From Phoronis australis (lineage: Eukaryota > Animalia > Phoronida): DNA of 64,000 nt. Position numbers and translations under genes: made by a program. The notes under the pieces are model-generated. The model did no database searches. It was given only the letters and a program-made list of their open reading frames with translations, and had not been told where the DNA came from. The stretch is from NCBI GenBank assembly GCA_002633005.1, contig NMRA01000041.1, forward strand, positions 1,059,294 through 1,123,293. Reading direction: 5' to 3'. Of the stretch, positions 11,307-23,351 are shown in pieces (the first letter of the stretch is position 1; each line of letters starts with the position of its first letter).

Positions 11307-11867
11307 CAGAGCAGTATTCGCAAAGTTTGAGCTTGTAAATGACTTGGGTTGCTGTTCGACCGGGTGGACATCAACGTGGCATTAAAAGTCAAAGATTAGT
11401 GTTGCTAGAGGACCCATCTGTGCTCTTGCTCAAAGGACCTACCCTAGTTGAAAATTTAATCGGCATCATTTTATGACTAACCATGAGCCACAAAAGATGG
11501 TGCCTTCCAGGCAATACTTTAACCAAAAAGTTGGTCGTACGCTTCACATGACTGTGAAAAACACTGAGAATGTACTCATAAGTGCTGGTGACTGAGATCA
11601 TTTGTATCCATTATATTTAGGATGCTAACTGTTACATGTCAAAACCTTTTTCAGTAATTATGAGGCGGAAGCTCAACACCACTAAAATTTCTTGAATCAT
11701 TTTTCACGAAAACCCCATATGGCTGAGTTTCGAAGAGTTCTTTCCTGTTAAGTTATAAAACGGGTCCCTGGTTTTCACGTAGTTTCACCACTTACAGCTG
11801 GTCTACTTTGCTTCTTTGTAGTCTATCGACTGAGAGTACCACTACCAGTTGGAGAGAAAGAAACAAA

Positions 11868-12221
11868 ATGGATGAATTGCATGCATTAATGAAGGAGCTA
11901 GTTGGAAAAATGTTCTATGGAAGGATTGTTGGAACCCGGGATGTACAGGACAACAGTCGCGTTTTGGTCCAAGTAGAACCAGAGAACGCCGAACTTAACG
12001 CTTCACTGGAAAGCATCTTTGCCCTTGATGTGAACAAAGAAGTATGGAAAGGAATCACAAAAGACTACAGGCTGTGGCTGACAAGGACGGACGCAGAGCA
12101 TGAGGAGTTTGTTGAACGTGAGGGCGAAACGTTCCAGATGGTTATTGAATCTGTTGATCCATGGGAGGTGCCGGCCCGTCTTTACACGGCGGGTTACGAG
12201 ATACATGTGAGACGCGTCTGA
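11868..12221 (+). CDS. Intronless orphan ORF, 117 aa, unknown function
   Basis: MDELHALMKELVGKMFYGRIVG...YTAGYEIHVRRV. Globular-protein-like composition, AAAATGG start context, TATAAAA at ~11754 and ATTAAA at ~12411. No family recognised. Confidence 0.55.
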   Translation: MDELHALMKELVGKMFYGRIVGTRDVQDNSRVLVQVEPENAELNASLESIFALDVNKEVWKGITKDYRLWLTRTDAEHEEFVEREGETFQMVIESVDPWEVPARLYTAGYEIHVRRV

Positions 12222-13014
12222 CGGCAGTTGTGATGAATGCCATCTGAAAGGACAGGATGGAATTGGTGAAGGTTCCATCTTTGTGGTAAAAGTTTCTTGA
12301 TTTTTCGGAGACATTGGATTACCAACATTTCATAAATTGTTTCGCAAAGTGATTAACGTGCGCTTGGAAGGGGGTTGTGAAACAGAAAAAATGCATGCGT
12401 AAATTGTGACATTAAATTTGTTGCGCTTAATCAATCTTATTATTTGATTAGGAAACGCCATGCGTACAGAGCTAGGTTAAATTCTAGGCCCTTTTGTTTG
12501 CAATAGTTGAAAATGAAACGTAGAAGAGCTTAAATTATGAACTATTTAGACGGATCCTTGTAGAAGGATTTTTGTTTGATAGTGTAATTAATATTCCACT
12601 GTGAATGGAGTGTGAATGTTTTCTTATAACATGCATTAATTAAGGGATATTTTATATGTAATGCATACATAGTTATCACTGCAGTTTTACTATAATTTTG
12701 TAATGTGAATACAATAAGCCTACACGCATTTGTTCGCAAAACAAAATTTGTTGCGTTTATAACCACTTTAAAACGACGACATTAGGCTTTGGCCAAATGT
12801 ATAATAGGAAGTTAACGACGCAAATGGTAACGACGTTTATGATCACCGTTTCGATTTTATAGGCTAAATCATCATCAGGTATGAGTCATGCTCTACATCA
12901 CTTCACAATGACAATCCACTTTACGTCAAAGTGCATAACACAAGTGACAAGTAGAGAAATATCCTGTGAAATGAAGTCCCCCATCAACTACCACAACACT
13001 GAAGGTTGAAAGCC

Positions 13015-14885
13015 CTGATACGCCGTAAAATGTGACAACTGTTGGCACCATTTTGGAGAGTAATTTTTGCCGTGAAAAAGCACCCTTTTGGATGGCAATA
13101 TTCGTATACCTCTTCTCCGGGCTGACACCGCATGAATTTGGCTACTCATTATCTTTTTATTACAATTATTATTACTATTACTACTATTATTGCTATTACT
13201 ATTATTGTTTTTATTATTATCATTATTATTATTGTTGAATTAATTTACTGAGGACACAGTGCAATACGCCATACAAGCTTAGCAATGTGCTAATACATCA
13301 CGGTCCTTAAAGATTTTAAAATCATCTCATTTATCTTTCATTGTTTTCATCGTGGACAGCGAGTGCTGTTTCAGAAGGATTTTAAAGGTGTACCCATGTT
13401 CAGCCTTAACAATATTGTGAGAAACGTTTTGACATCTGTGGATGGAGAGAAGGCCTACTTCTTGGAAACGAGAACGTTGAGATTTTTAAAAAATCTTGTT
13501 TAGGCGTGCACCAACTTCACAAATTGACTATTTCTGAGCTATCATCAAGCGCGGTATTGTTTGCAATATAACTACTGTACATATTTTTGTTATTTGCCAC
13601 GAATAACCAAATTCAAACTATAGTCGTTTACTTGCTACTTACATCTAAACGTAAGGATACCAACCGTGTTATCATTTTTGTCTTTTGTTGAAAACATTAT
13701 TTCCTTTTCAAAGAACTGGGGCTCGTTGATTTATCAAGAACTTCTTCATTTGGGCGGCGATCGTCCGGTTTTTAAATACAAAACGTACTTCGATTGGGAT
13801 AGATGAAAACAATCTTTTGCTGTTGCACTGGCAAAATTTGTCAACCTTGAATCCCAAAAAAGCGTAAATGGGTAAAAAAAAAATGCACACTAGTTTGCGG
13901 CACCTCAACTGGACAATGTGAAAAGAGAAAATCAGGTCATTACATCAATTTGCAGAACTTTTCCATCTCCACTCACCTGATTTTGCAATATTGCACAGTC
14001 TTTTAATTGGATGACATTTAGGAATTGATTTGTCAAAAGCAGATCAGTCATTTGAGGTAACACCCAGTGATATATTTTGAGCAATCTTATGGGCCTGAAA
14101 TATGTAATTTGTCTTAGGAAGTTACACCAATATATAAAATGCTAAACAAATTAGAAGTTGCCGAAACGGAAATAATCGATTATCATGGTGTAGGGAAATG
14201 AATACTGTAATCACAAGAAATTCTTAGACAGGTGGACTCCTATGGCATCATTTAGTTCTGTGACGTATTTTGTTGTTTCCCCATGTGCGAGTGCGGTTGT
14301 GTGGACGCGCGAATGATGTGCTTCATAAAAAACCTGGCCCGTGCAGAGGTGAGATGTACTTCGTCAATAAATTTTTGCAACTAAGGCGGTAGACAGAACC
14401 CGTCGGTATCAGAAATTTTGACCTCGTTCCTTCAGTACGGAGCAGGGCAGTTACCACATTTGCGATGACTTCAAGGCAATAAAACACTGGCTGAAATAAA
14501 TCAAACAATCGTTGATTAAAACAGGTGATTTTGCTATCACTTTGGATTCCGAAATTAAATTCTCCGTGAAAAGTTCTGTTGCGGTCCCGAAGACATAGGG
14601 TAAGTATTAGCCAAGTACGATGTCATTGCTTCTGTTGTGTTTGACAAGGGAAACGTGTTAACTGTAATGGCTGATACATTGGTTCAAGACCTGTGAGCGC
14701 CAACAAAAGATTGTAAGAACGCTTTAACAATAACAAAAGTTGTTACCTGATCCTGGAAACTCCTTTCGTCTGGAGTTGAAACTGTACGGCGTACATTTTT
14801 GACTATACCAAGAAAGTATTCAGGTCAGAAGACAATGGAAAGCACATAGGGACAAATCCATGAATTCGAGCTGGCACATTGAAGA
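13015..14885 (+). mobile_element. Composite non-autonomous TIR element, copy A (left terminus intact)
   Basis: Begins CTGATACGCCGTAAAATGT, the reverse complement of the terminus at 34700. Collinear similarity to 32560-34420, including the (TAT)n tract, the LINE-like tail and the GAGCGCCAACAAAAGATTG block. Confidence 0.75.
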
Positions 14886-14899
14886 GACCTTGCAAAGTA

Positions 14900-15152
14900 A
14901 AATGTAAGACGTATCAAATCCCCTACGTTCCTATTCAAGCTGTACTCAGCATGTTGCTCCTTGATGTGTAAGGCTCCACGAATTGACAGGTTAGTTCTGT
15001 TCATATCATTATTTATAATCTTTACATCACTAAAAGCCGTCCAGTGGTTTGATTCTATCGAGTGATTTGAAGAGACACTGCTGCCATCTTTGGAATGTTC
15101 AGTTAATCTGTTCTTGAGAATTCTCGTTATCTTGCCATCGTAAAATTGCAAT
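14900..15152 (-). mobile_element. Penelope-like element GIY-YIG endonuclease C-terminal remnant
   Basis: FYDGKITRILKNRLTEH...SNHSIESNH..FSDVKII...LSIRGALHIK....SLNRNVG is a typical PLE endonuclease tail. Confidence 0.85.
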
Positions 15153-17174
15153 TGACCTATCGCCAGGATTATGACGGACCGCTTAATTGACCAATCAGAA
15201 CGCAGCATTCTTGGCACACCTTCGTCTGCGTTTCCAAGCCGCCATTTTACCCGACAAACAACACGCAGTCGAGTAAAACTTACTTTAGTGTGTAGCTCAA
15301 GAAATTGTCCGATAAGAATGGGGAAACGGTGTTGATATGACGTGTGTAGCCCCGACAGCCGTTATGCTGCTCCAGAATAATATCCCGTCATTTTTTGGCA
15401 TGTCCTAAGCCGAAAAATGATGTTGAAAAGCGTAAGCTATGGATCAAACTGTACGGCCACACGAGCAGCTGAACTTAGCGATGATGCTTGATAACTCGAA
15501 GGCTATAATAAACACAAATGTATTAGTTCCTAGATACGCACTTTTCAGCTTGGTGGCTATGGTGCAGATCTATCTCAGATTTTGACTCCCGAGTTGGCTA
15601 CGTCTGGCCGCCTTTGTCTCGGCACCTGCTGGATCTCAGCACTCTAGCGGTAGTCCCCGGAAATTGTTTTTAAGGACATTTTTATTTTATGTTTTTTTAT
15701 TTATTTCAACCTAATGGACATTATTTTGTTTCGTATCAGAGGTACATTTTTGTTATTCATAAACCGTAAGCTGGCGTTCAACTGAATTTCTCTCCCGGTC
15801 AAAATTCAGAGATTCGATCGGCACAGGGAAGGGCACTGGATTACTGCCAGAACTCAAAGCCTTGGTCGAGTTGTTGTCACTAAATATAAAATGTTGAATT
15901 ACTTTTTGACGTGTACCTCTAGCATACACTATGTCTGTAGAGTTAGAGAAAGCTCATTTTGGTGTGGTTCAAACATGATATTTAGATTTATGAAGCTTTA
16001 AAAAAGAATTTGAGTCATTTTTGTAAATAACCTATTTTTGCAACTACCACACCAGACTTGTAATCTTTTGTAACCATACCACGACTTAGTGATCATGGTA
16101 CCTTCAAAATTAAATGAAAGCTACCTTTATGGAATGAAACTACAAAAAATGCCAAGTTCATAAGAAGGTAGGCCTAATTTAAATGTCTTAATGGTGGAAA
16201 TTCCATAGGCGGATTTAGGGGGGATCATCGGCCCCACCCCCCCCCCTTGGCTGCCGCAAGCAAAATGAAACAGCAAGAGCGTGAGGAAATATCGAGTTCA
16301 ATAACTAGGACCTGTAGCGGAAGAGGGGGGGGCTCAGACCCCAGATCGCGGCGGAATCGTGTTCCTGTTTTTTTTAGTCCACCGATAGATTTTCTTAACA
16401 GAAGGTTCAACGGTCTACATCCCTGGCCCCTGCAACTTTCGGGCCGCCTGTGCACATACAATCGCATTTTGCCCATTTCCACCTGGCAACATATGTTGGC
16501 CCCCCCCCTGTGGTATCCTAGATCCGCCACTGAATTCCTGACATTAATTTTACTTAGACACAGCCCTAGACCTAGGCTACCGGAGCTACATGTAACTGTT
16601 TGCCCAGGACGAGATGAGTGTGAACCTGAGCTATGAACCTGAATTTTTCATCAAAATATTTCGTGACAAGATTAGAAAAGCTATCGAGTCGATCTAGTCA
16701 GAGACTATAGTGCATGTGTTGTCTGTAATCTATGACCTACTTTACCCCAGGAGTTCCGCCAGTTGTGACCTACTTTTCATTTGGCGAAATTTAGCAGACG
16801 ACAGAATAAAAATATCGGTGAATCTTCACTGATTTTATTCGAAAGATCATGAAATCTATGGAATCGTACAGATAATTGGACTTTAAGGTACATACCCAGC
16901 TTTACATGAACATATCATATCAGTGGCCTTGTCATTTGTCAGGAAGGTAGCCCCGAGGCCGAGGGGTTCTTCGGATTTTCTCTGGCTCCTCGAGCACTTA
17001 TTTTTTCATCGTCACCTTTACAAATTCCCATATCATGAACGTACGATTCACTGTTGAAAAGCATCGATTCCACCAGGAACGTCGTTTAGCGACAGTGTAT
17101 TTGCCTCTGACATCTGGTTCGAATGTCGGGTATCACGTGACTTTTTGCATAGGGGCGGAGCTTGCGATAGGTCA
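15153..17174 (+). mobile_element. THAP-bearing non-autonomous DNA transposon, ISL2EU-like (AT TSD)
   Basis: TIRs TGACCTATCGC / GCGATAGGTCA, AT on both flanks. Degenerate THAP at 15318-15460 (MGKRC*YDVCSPDSRY...PKPKNDVEKRKLWIKLYG). Removing the element rejoins the Penelope VYKINC motif. Confidence 0.8.
16204..16532. mobile_element. hAT-type GC-rich MITE nested in the THAP element
   Basis: Ends CATAGGCGGATTTAGG / CCTAGATCCGCCACTG. Confidence 0.65.
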
Positions 17175-17350
17175 ATTGATCTTATAGACAAATTTACTGC
17201 TTTGGTTAGTTTTCAAAGGAAACGTGAGTTTTGACAACTTCTTGAGTCTTTTACCATGACTAAAAACAACAATTAAGCGAAGTGGTTGAATTAGCACATT
17301 CAATAACCTTATGGGATTTATATGCAAGTCTGAAGATGAGCATATATTCT
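17175..17350 (-). mobile_element. Penelope-like element, upstream continuation (GIY motif side)
   Basis: Minus strand ...KTNQSSKFVYKIN joins the 14900-15152 fragment across the insertion. Distal boundary uncertain. Confidence 0.7.
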
Positions 17351-17910
17351 GTGGTGACGTCAGAGGGTAGGCACCGGGATAGTCTCTGGCCCTCCTCCTT
17401 GCAGTATCGCACGCAATTTAAATTTGGAGATGCAACCAAGTTCGTGCTGGTTACACACTCTTCGATCTTTTCCCCTGATACGAGTTTTTCCTGCATCTCC
17501 GTATTGCCATCCTCGCTCTATGAGGCGCTTTGTTGCCCATCTCTCCTGCTGTTGTACAATCTCGGCATCTGTAAGCGACTGAGCATGTATAGGATAGGGA
17601 AATGCAAAGTTTCTCCCGTTCAGGCCCGTCAGGCATCCACTGACTTGTTTGAGAACAAATCTATTAACGCATGAATCAGTAAAGGAACCAGTGAACCAAT
17701 TCAGAAAGTTCTCGACTACCACAGATTCTCCATGACAGTGAGGTGTAAACTAATGCACACTTGTGCTTTTCAGGAACGCGCTGCAGATGAGCTATTGCGT
17801 AAATAAAACGAGCTAGTTTAGCTCATTGGTCAGCGCAGATAGGGTCAATGATCTGTTTGATTTCTCAAAGCATAATTTAAGGACCTTTAACCTTGACCCT
17901 ACCACTTTAA

Positions 17911-18440
17911 AGCGGAACTTGCGCGCCAATTCCATATATCTGTGATTGCTTGGTCAAATTAGTTAAAAACACAACATGTAACGATGATGTGAATATGAAG
18001 TGGGTTGAAAATTGCCAAATGTTTTAAGAACAAGTTTTGTGTGGAAAATGATCCGCCTAAATCACTCAACCGTGTCCTGTAAGTGTCCTGTAAGTACCAT
18101 GACGTGATGTTGGAAAATAACCGACTGCACGATTTGCAAACGTCGACACTGTGGAGTTTTCATTAAGGCCGTCAGTTGACGTTGCTTAATCAGGGGGAAG
18201 GAAATTTGTTCACACAACAATGACTCTCAGCTCTATGGTTTTGAGATCAGACGGAATTAGTAATACCAGAGATGAGGATGCCGTGACAGATGCACGCAAA
18301 TAACGGGACTCAATTCGGATGTGGTGTGGTCCAAATCGTTCTCGCGTTGATTGAGTGATTACACCTACTTAGACGGAAATATTTAGTAGGAGAATAACTT
18401 GACAAAAATTTTTATTTAGTTATATTTTTGCATGTTACTT
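17911..18440 (+). mobile_element. Kolobok-like non-autonomous element (TTAA-flanked); further copies at ~28490-28850 (-) and 62036-62370 (+)
   Basis: TTAA-AGCGGAACTTGC start and degenerate GCATGTTACTT-TTAA end. The motifs AAAATGATCCGCC(G)TAAAT and TATCTGTGATTGCTTG-like blocks recur in all three loci. Confidence 0.65.
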
Positions 18441-19107
18441 TTAAGTTGTTAACGTGATGTTGGAATTGGGAGCAGCTTACTACTCACCATTCGGTTCGCC
18501 ATTCCGAAGGTTTACTACTTCGAAGGTTCACTACTATGAAAAGATCTAACCTTTTCAACCCACGTGTAATTTTGACACTTTTATATGCAAAATGAATGAT
18601 ACCACGCCTATGCCTAAAACAACGCCCGGGTACTAAAGTATTTTATTTGGATTTCATGCGCATTCAAAATTGCCAGCATGTCTTACGAACACGGAAGAAT
18701 GAGAACGTTATTGCATTTTAAAAATATGGAGGGGGAATACTGATGAATTATCAACCACGATATATTCATCAAATCCATGTCAAGGTTGCATCATTTCACA
18801 GCGAGACTGAAAAATTTAGGGCCGCTGCGCCTGAACCTCACCCACCGGAACCACGAACACAGCGGGTCGAAATCAAATGTAGTTAGCTGGGTACCCTGTC
18901 CCTACCAGTCTTCACAAAGTCAGAGAGCCTCTTCAGTCTTGCAGGCTACCCTGTCCCTACCAGTCTTCACAAACTCAGAGAGCCTCTTCAGTCTTCTTAA
19001 CTACTCAACTTTTGCACACCCTTTAAATGGTAACTAAATGAGAGACAAATACAATACTTCATTCATGTCTGTGACGATTCATTAGCAGACGATCAGAGTA
19101 ATCAACT

Positions 19108-19260
19108 GTGTGGCTCAGTGGAATGGTTTGTAGTCGGGACTCCTGTTTGAGAGACCAGGGTTCGAGGCTTCACTGGCTGACAATCGAGCAGTGCTCAAGG
19201 GTGTTTCCCACTCCTCTGAGCTAGGTCTTAGTAGTGAATGTGCGTTGCAAGGGTGTGAAT
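19108..19260 (+). mobile_element. tRNA-derived SINE head
   Basis: Pol III A box TGGCTCAGTGG (19111) and B box GGTTCGAGGC (~19159). Does not fold into a complete cloverleaf. Confidence 0.6.
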
Positions 19261-19273
19261 TATAACTTGGATA

Positions 19274-19588
19274 TAGGGGCGGATCCAGGATTTTGAGTTG
19301 GGAGGAGGCAGGGCACAGGAATAACCAGAATTTCGTCACATGGTTGTGCGCGCCCAGCCTAAAATATAGGGATGCAGGGGTCTCGAATTTTTGGGTTTGT
19401 GGATCTTATTACTAAAAAAAAAAACGGAAACGGGTTTGTTCAAGGCCTATGCACTGTGCATTCGCCCCCCGAGCCACCCTGGGTGCGCGCATATTCTAGT
19501 CAGCAATTCGTACCCCGAACTGCCAAATGGCCTCTGGGAGAATTTCAGGGGGGGGCATGGCCCCCTTGCCCCCCAAAATCCGCTACTG
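19274..19588. mobile_element. hAT-type GC-rich MITE
   Basis: Ends TAGGGGCGGATCCAGG / AAAATCCGCTACTG with G/C-run subtermini. Confidence 0.55.
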
Positions 19589-21099
19589 GGATATGATGCG
19601 AAAGCAACTCATGGGGCTGTGCATATATTTAAGAAAAAATAACTGTCGGAGTTCTGGTTTTGGAACTGTAGACATTCGAAGTAGTGAACTTTTGAAGGTG
19701 GCGAAACTTCGGAGTAGTAGACCTTCGGAGTAGCGAACCTTCAAAATAGTGACATCTAACCATGGAAATCTTTTCGAACAAGTTTGAGTTGCTCGTATGA
19801 AGTCTGTGGGACTGTGCACCATTGACACTGTTGACAAATTCACAAAAGAAGACTATCTTCATTGACCAAAGTGTTTAATGGGTCTAGACCTACTTTTCCC
19901 CAAAAATGTGAACATGCAAGAAAAACACTATTATAGTTGAAGTCTGGTTTTTGAGCAACGACGGAGGGCTGCCTGTAGATAACTTACCGTCGGCTTCTAC
20001 TGCAAGAACGGAAACGCACACACGTGTACATGCATGCAAGCCAATCCACCAATCCATAATCGAAGTGGACACTGGATGAAAAACATACATGTACTTGACG
20101 AACACTTCCAATTCCTAATTTTGGAAACGCCTGCCCTTCACCGTACTATGCTAGCAAGCAATATCAGATAACAAACCTGTAGCCTATTTTCTGCTGTTTT
20201 GTTTCTTGGTCGATTTTAAGGCATTCACATCGCATTACTTTTTGCGAGCTCTCTCGCTACTATATAACTTACATGTAGCTAGGTATAGACAGTTACGTCT
20301 AGACTCCCTTGATACCCTACGGTGTAACCACCACGTGTGTTCAATGCCGATGAGTAACGTAAATATGGGCGACGCAGCACTGAAAAGTGGGGAGGCTAAA
20401 GGCCCCAGCCCCCTGTGGTGCAGCCGCCCATAATTAAAGCCTTCTCTAATCGTCTGCGCGATCCTGTCATTTACGCAAATACCACTCGGGCGAAGTTGGC
20501 CGGGTTCGGCCAGATGGTTACGTAAAGCGCTTTGAATCAGAAGCAAATTCATAATTATTACTAATTCAGTTATCATTGTAGTTAGCAGTACCAATAGCTG
20601 CAACAATTTTGTTGTTGTCCATCTGAATCCTATCTTTAACGGATAGGCTGGGGTTGGACCTTTTCCGCAGGGGGGAGGGGTTCGATCGAATCCCTCGAAC
20701 CCCCCTGGCTACGGGTCTAAAACATCTTCAAAGGAGGTAGCATTCTAAAAATCAAACAGGTCTGCTCGTCCAATCTGAAAACAGAAACTTTCAAACGGTT
20801 TTGTGTTGCGATATTAAAAAAATTGGACACATTACTTTTGACACCCCCAAACTATAACTCTTAGTTTCGCCCCTGAAAGTTAATGGTCTAAAAAGTTTGT
20901 CTTTGACGGTAGGTGGGTTTCTACACATGTACATTGTATGCGTGCGAACGGGCCGACCTAATGGAAATACTATAATGGTTAAGACAACGTTATTACAGTG
21001 GAATCTAATTGCAAAAAAGAAATGGTGTAAATTAATGGTAATACAAATTAAATGTAGATGAAAATGAATAAGACATAAATGACATTTCATCGTCTTCAT

Positions 21100-21296
21100 T
21101 CAGACCCTGAACACCATACAAAGTTCACAAACTTCCTGCAACAACCGACACGGATACAGCGCCGGAACCGCGTTTGACGGTTTTAAAGGCGCTAAGATGC
21201 AATTGTCTAGCCTTGAGGGCCCTCTTGGAAAGCAGTGCTATCACTGAAGAGGCCACCCTCATTTTAAATATCACAATAATAAATAAATAAATAAAA
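21100..21296 (+). mobile_element. L2/CR1-group LINE 3' terminus
   Basis: GAGGGCCCTCTTGGAAAGCAGTG..CACTGAAGAGGCCACCCTC stem-loop followed by an (AATA)n tail. Confidence 0.55.
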
Positions 21297-23351
21297 AGAA
21301 CCAGACCTAAAAGGAATATAGATATTCTACAAAATGTGAGTGCCTAAGGTTTCAAAGGTCACAATTAATTAGTTGCGTTAATTTTCGACAACTGTCATTA
21401 ATATATTGACCTGGAACTTTTGAAAAAACAACAATAAACAATCATAGCCTGTAGCAAATACATCGGGAGATGACGACGTTCATAGCTATTCTAGAGGTGA
21501 AAATAAGTGTTCAAGTTCCCCATTCGTAAGCCTCCCGCATAAGGACTACTTTACAGACAAAAAGCGTGAAGTCGTGTAGTAACCAAGACGGATACACCGG
21601 TAGGCGGCCAACGAAGGCAATTGCATTGCCATTCAACCGGAAACAAGTCCTGAAAAAATAAGAAAAATATTCTGCAAAATATGAATGCACAATGTTTCAA
21701 ATGTCAATATTAAAAAGTAATTATCTACATCAGCTTTCGACAAATGTCATTAGCATAGCGATTCGTAATTTGGGATAAGCCCAATAATTACCCAGGAAAA
21801 TGAGGACCGGGACGACCCTCGCTCGTTGCGATCCTTGTAGCAAATGTAACTGTGCAAGTCCCCATTTGTAAGAGACACTTCCACATAACGGGTCTACTCA
21901 AGTTATATTTTTCGTCGCTATGAGAGTCTTCACATTTGGCACTTCAGAAGTTATCTCTTCCCTAGAACATTGGGCTTAGCTAATTTGGTTAGCTTTCATG
22001 GGACTCTACAGCTTTTAATTGTCTTTTAAAAATCCTTTGCGAAGGATCTCCCTGTCACTATTCTAAAAAGATTGGGTAGCCTACAATGATTTTGTCCAAG
22101 CACATTCTTTGCAAATTAAGTGACCAAAACGTTGATGAGCATTCTGACGATTCACCGACGAGGTTATTATCTATATCTATTCTTCAATATAATTGCCGCA
22201 TTTCAGCTCAATTATGCTACACCGTTAATAATTGAAGAAGCAGAACCGGGCGTGCTTTCAGCAACACTAGGACTTACGATAGGACATAGCTAAAATCTAT
22301 CCAAAGTCATGAGTTGTCATTTGAAGTACACGGCAATATCTCACGTAATCTCGCGAAGTCTTACTTTTTAGCGAGGTACAAGTGTTACTGAAAGGGAGAC
22401 GGTAATTTGCGAGCTTGGGAAGGAGTGACAGATTGGGAGAACTTGGGAACAAATGCAAATACTTCACATGATACTGCACTGAAGTTATCTGTTAAGGTCC
22501 CGCCCCCGACCCATTATGTCAAGTTCAACATAATGGATTAAAACGGAATCAATGGTCGTTATAATCCGTCCTTTTGTGAGAAATATAAATTATTTTTAAT
22601 GCTAAACTAGCGTATCGAAACCGACTTACCGAGTGAAGTGCGACCCTACCAGCAAAAATTGGTATATTTAGTGAAAACGGACATAATTGGTCAAAATTAT
22701 ATAATGGGTCAACATCGACAAAATGGCTAAAATCAAAGTAATCGATATAAATTGATATAACGAGACAGACGTACATTAGTTGTCTCACGTGCCACGTGCA
22801 GTTTGATGCAGTATGAAGTGGTTCCTTGGTGAGTGCTATGTGCAAACATGCGACTTTTTGTATTTTAGTGCCACCTATGTACAAAAAGTTATTTCTGAGT
22901 ACGGAACCCGAGGTTATAATTTATTCGTTCCTAAGTAGTAATCGACTTTTTGTGAGTTTGTATTTGTAATCCCACTTGGCTGATCTTGAATGCTGCAAGA
23001 GGGAATAACCAATGTCTTTGAAGGAAAATTTAGGTGGTGCCCGTAATGGCATGCTCAGGTTCCCTGTCCCCATTTCTTCTGCCAATGTTTCAGTGGATCT
23101 GTGAAACGCAGCTTTTCCAAGTAGTCGACATATTTCCATCATGGCTTTATTATTTATTCAATGCATGCATACGTAAAGACAACGTACATTCTCTATATGG
23201 GCGAACTGTCAACACAATCCCAATCCTCAGTTAGTATTGCAAGAAGTACAGATCACTTTTTAAGATTAGCACCTGTAAGCCAATAAAGACTAAAGACATT
23301 TTACTGACTTCTCGGTCTAACGCGCTCATCATCTGATTACACGCACGCGGG

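Larger units (their letters stand above)
18490..19760. mobile_element. Old TIR element with inverted arrays of ~15-bp subterminal repeats, carrying nested insertions
   Basis: (TTCCGAAGGTTCACTAC-like)n at 18490-18540 and the reverse complement (GTAGTGAACCTTCGGA-like)n at 19670-19750. Confidence 0.55.

Noticed and set aside
13032-13238. Poly-Tyr ORF
   Set aside because: It derives from a (TAT)n microsatellite, probably the LINE tail inside the composite element.
19108-19180. tRNA gene candidate
   Set aside because: A and B boxes are present but no acceptor or anticodon stem pairing is evident. Called a SINE head instead.
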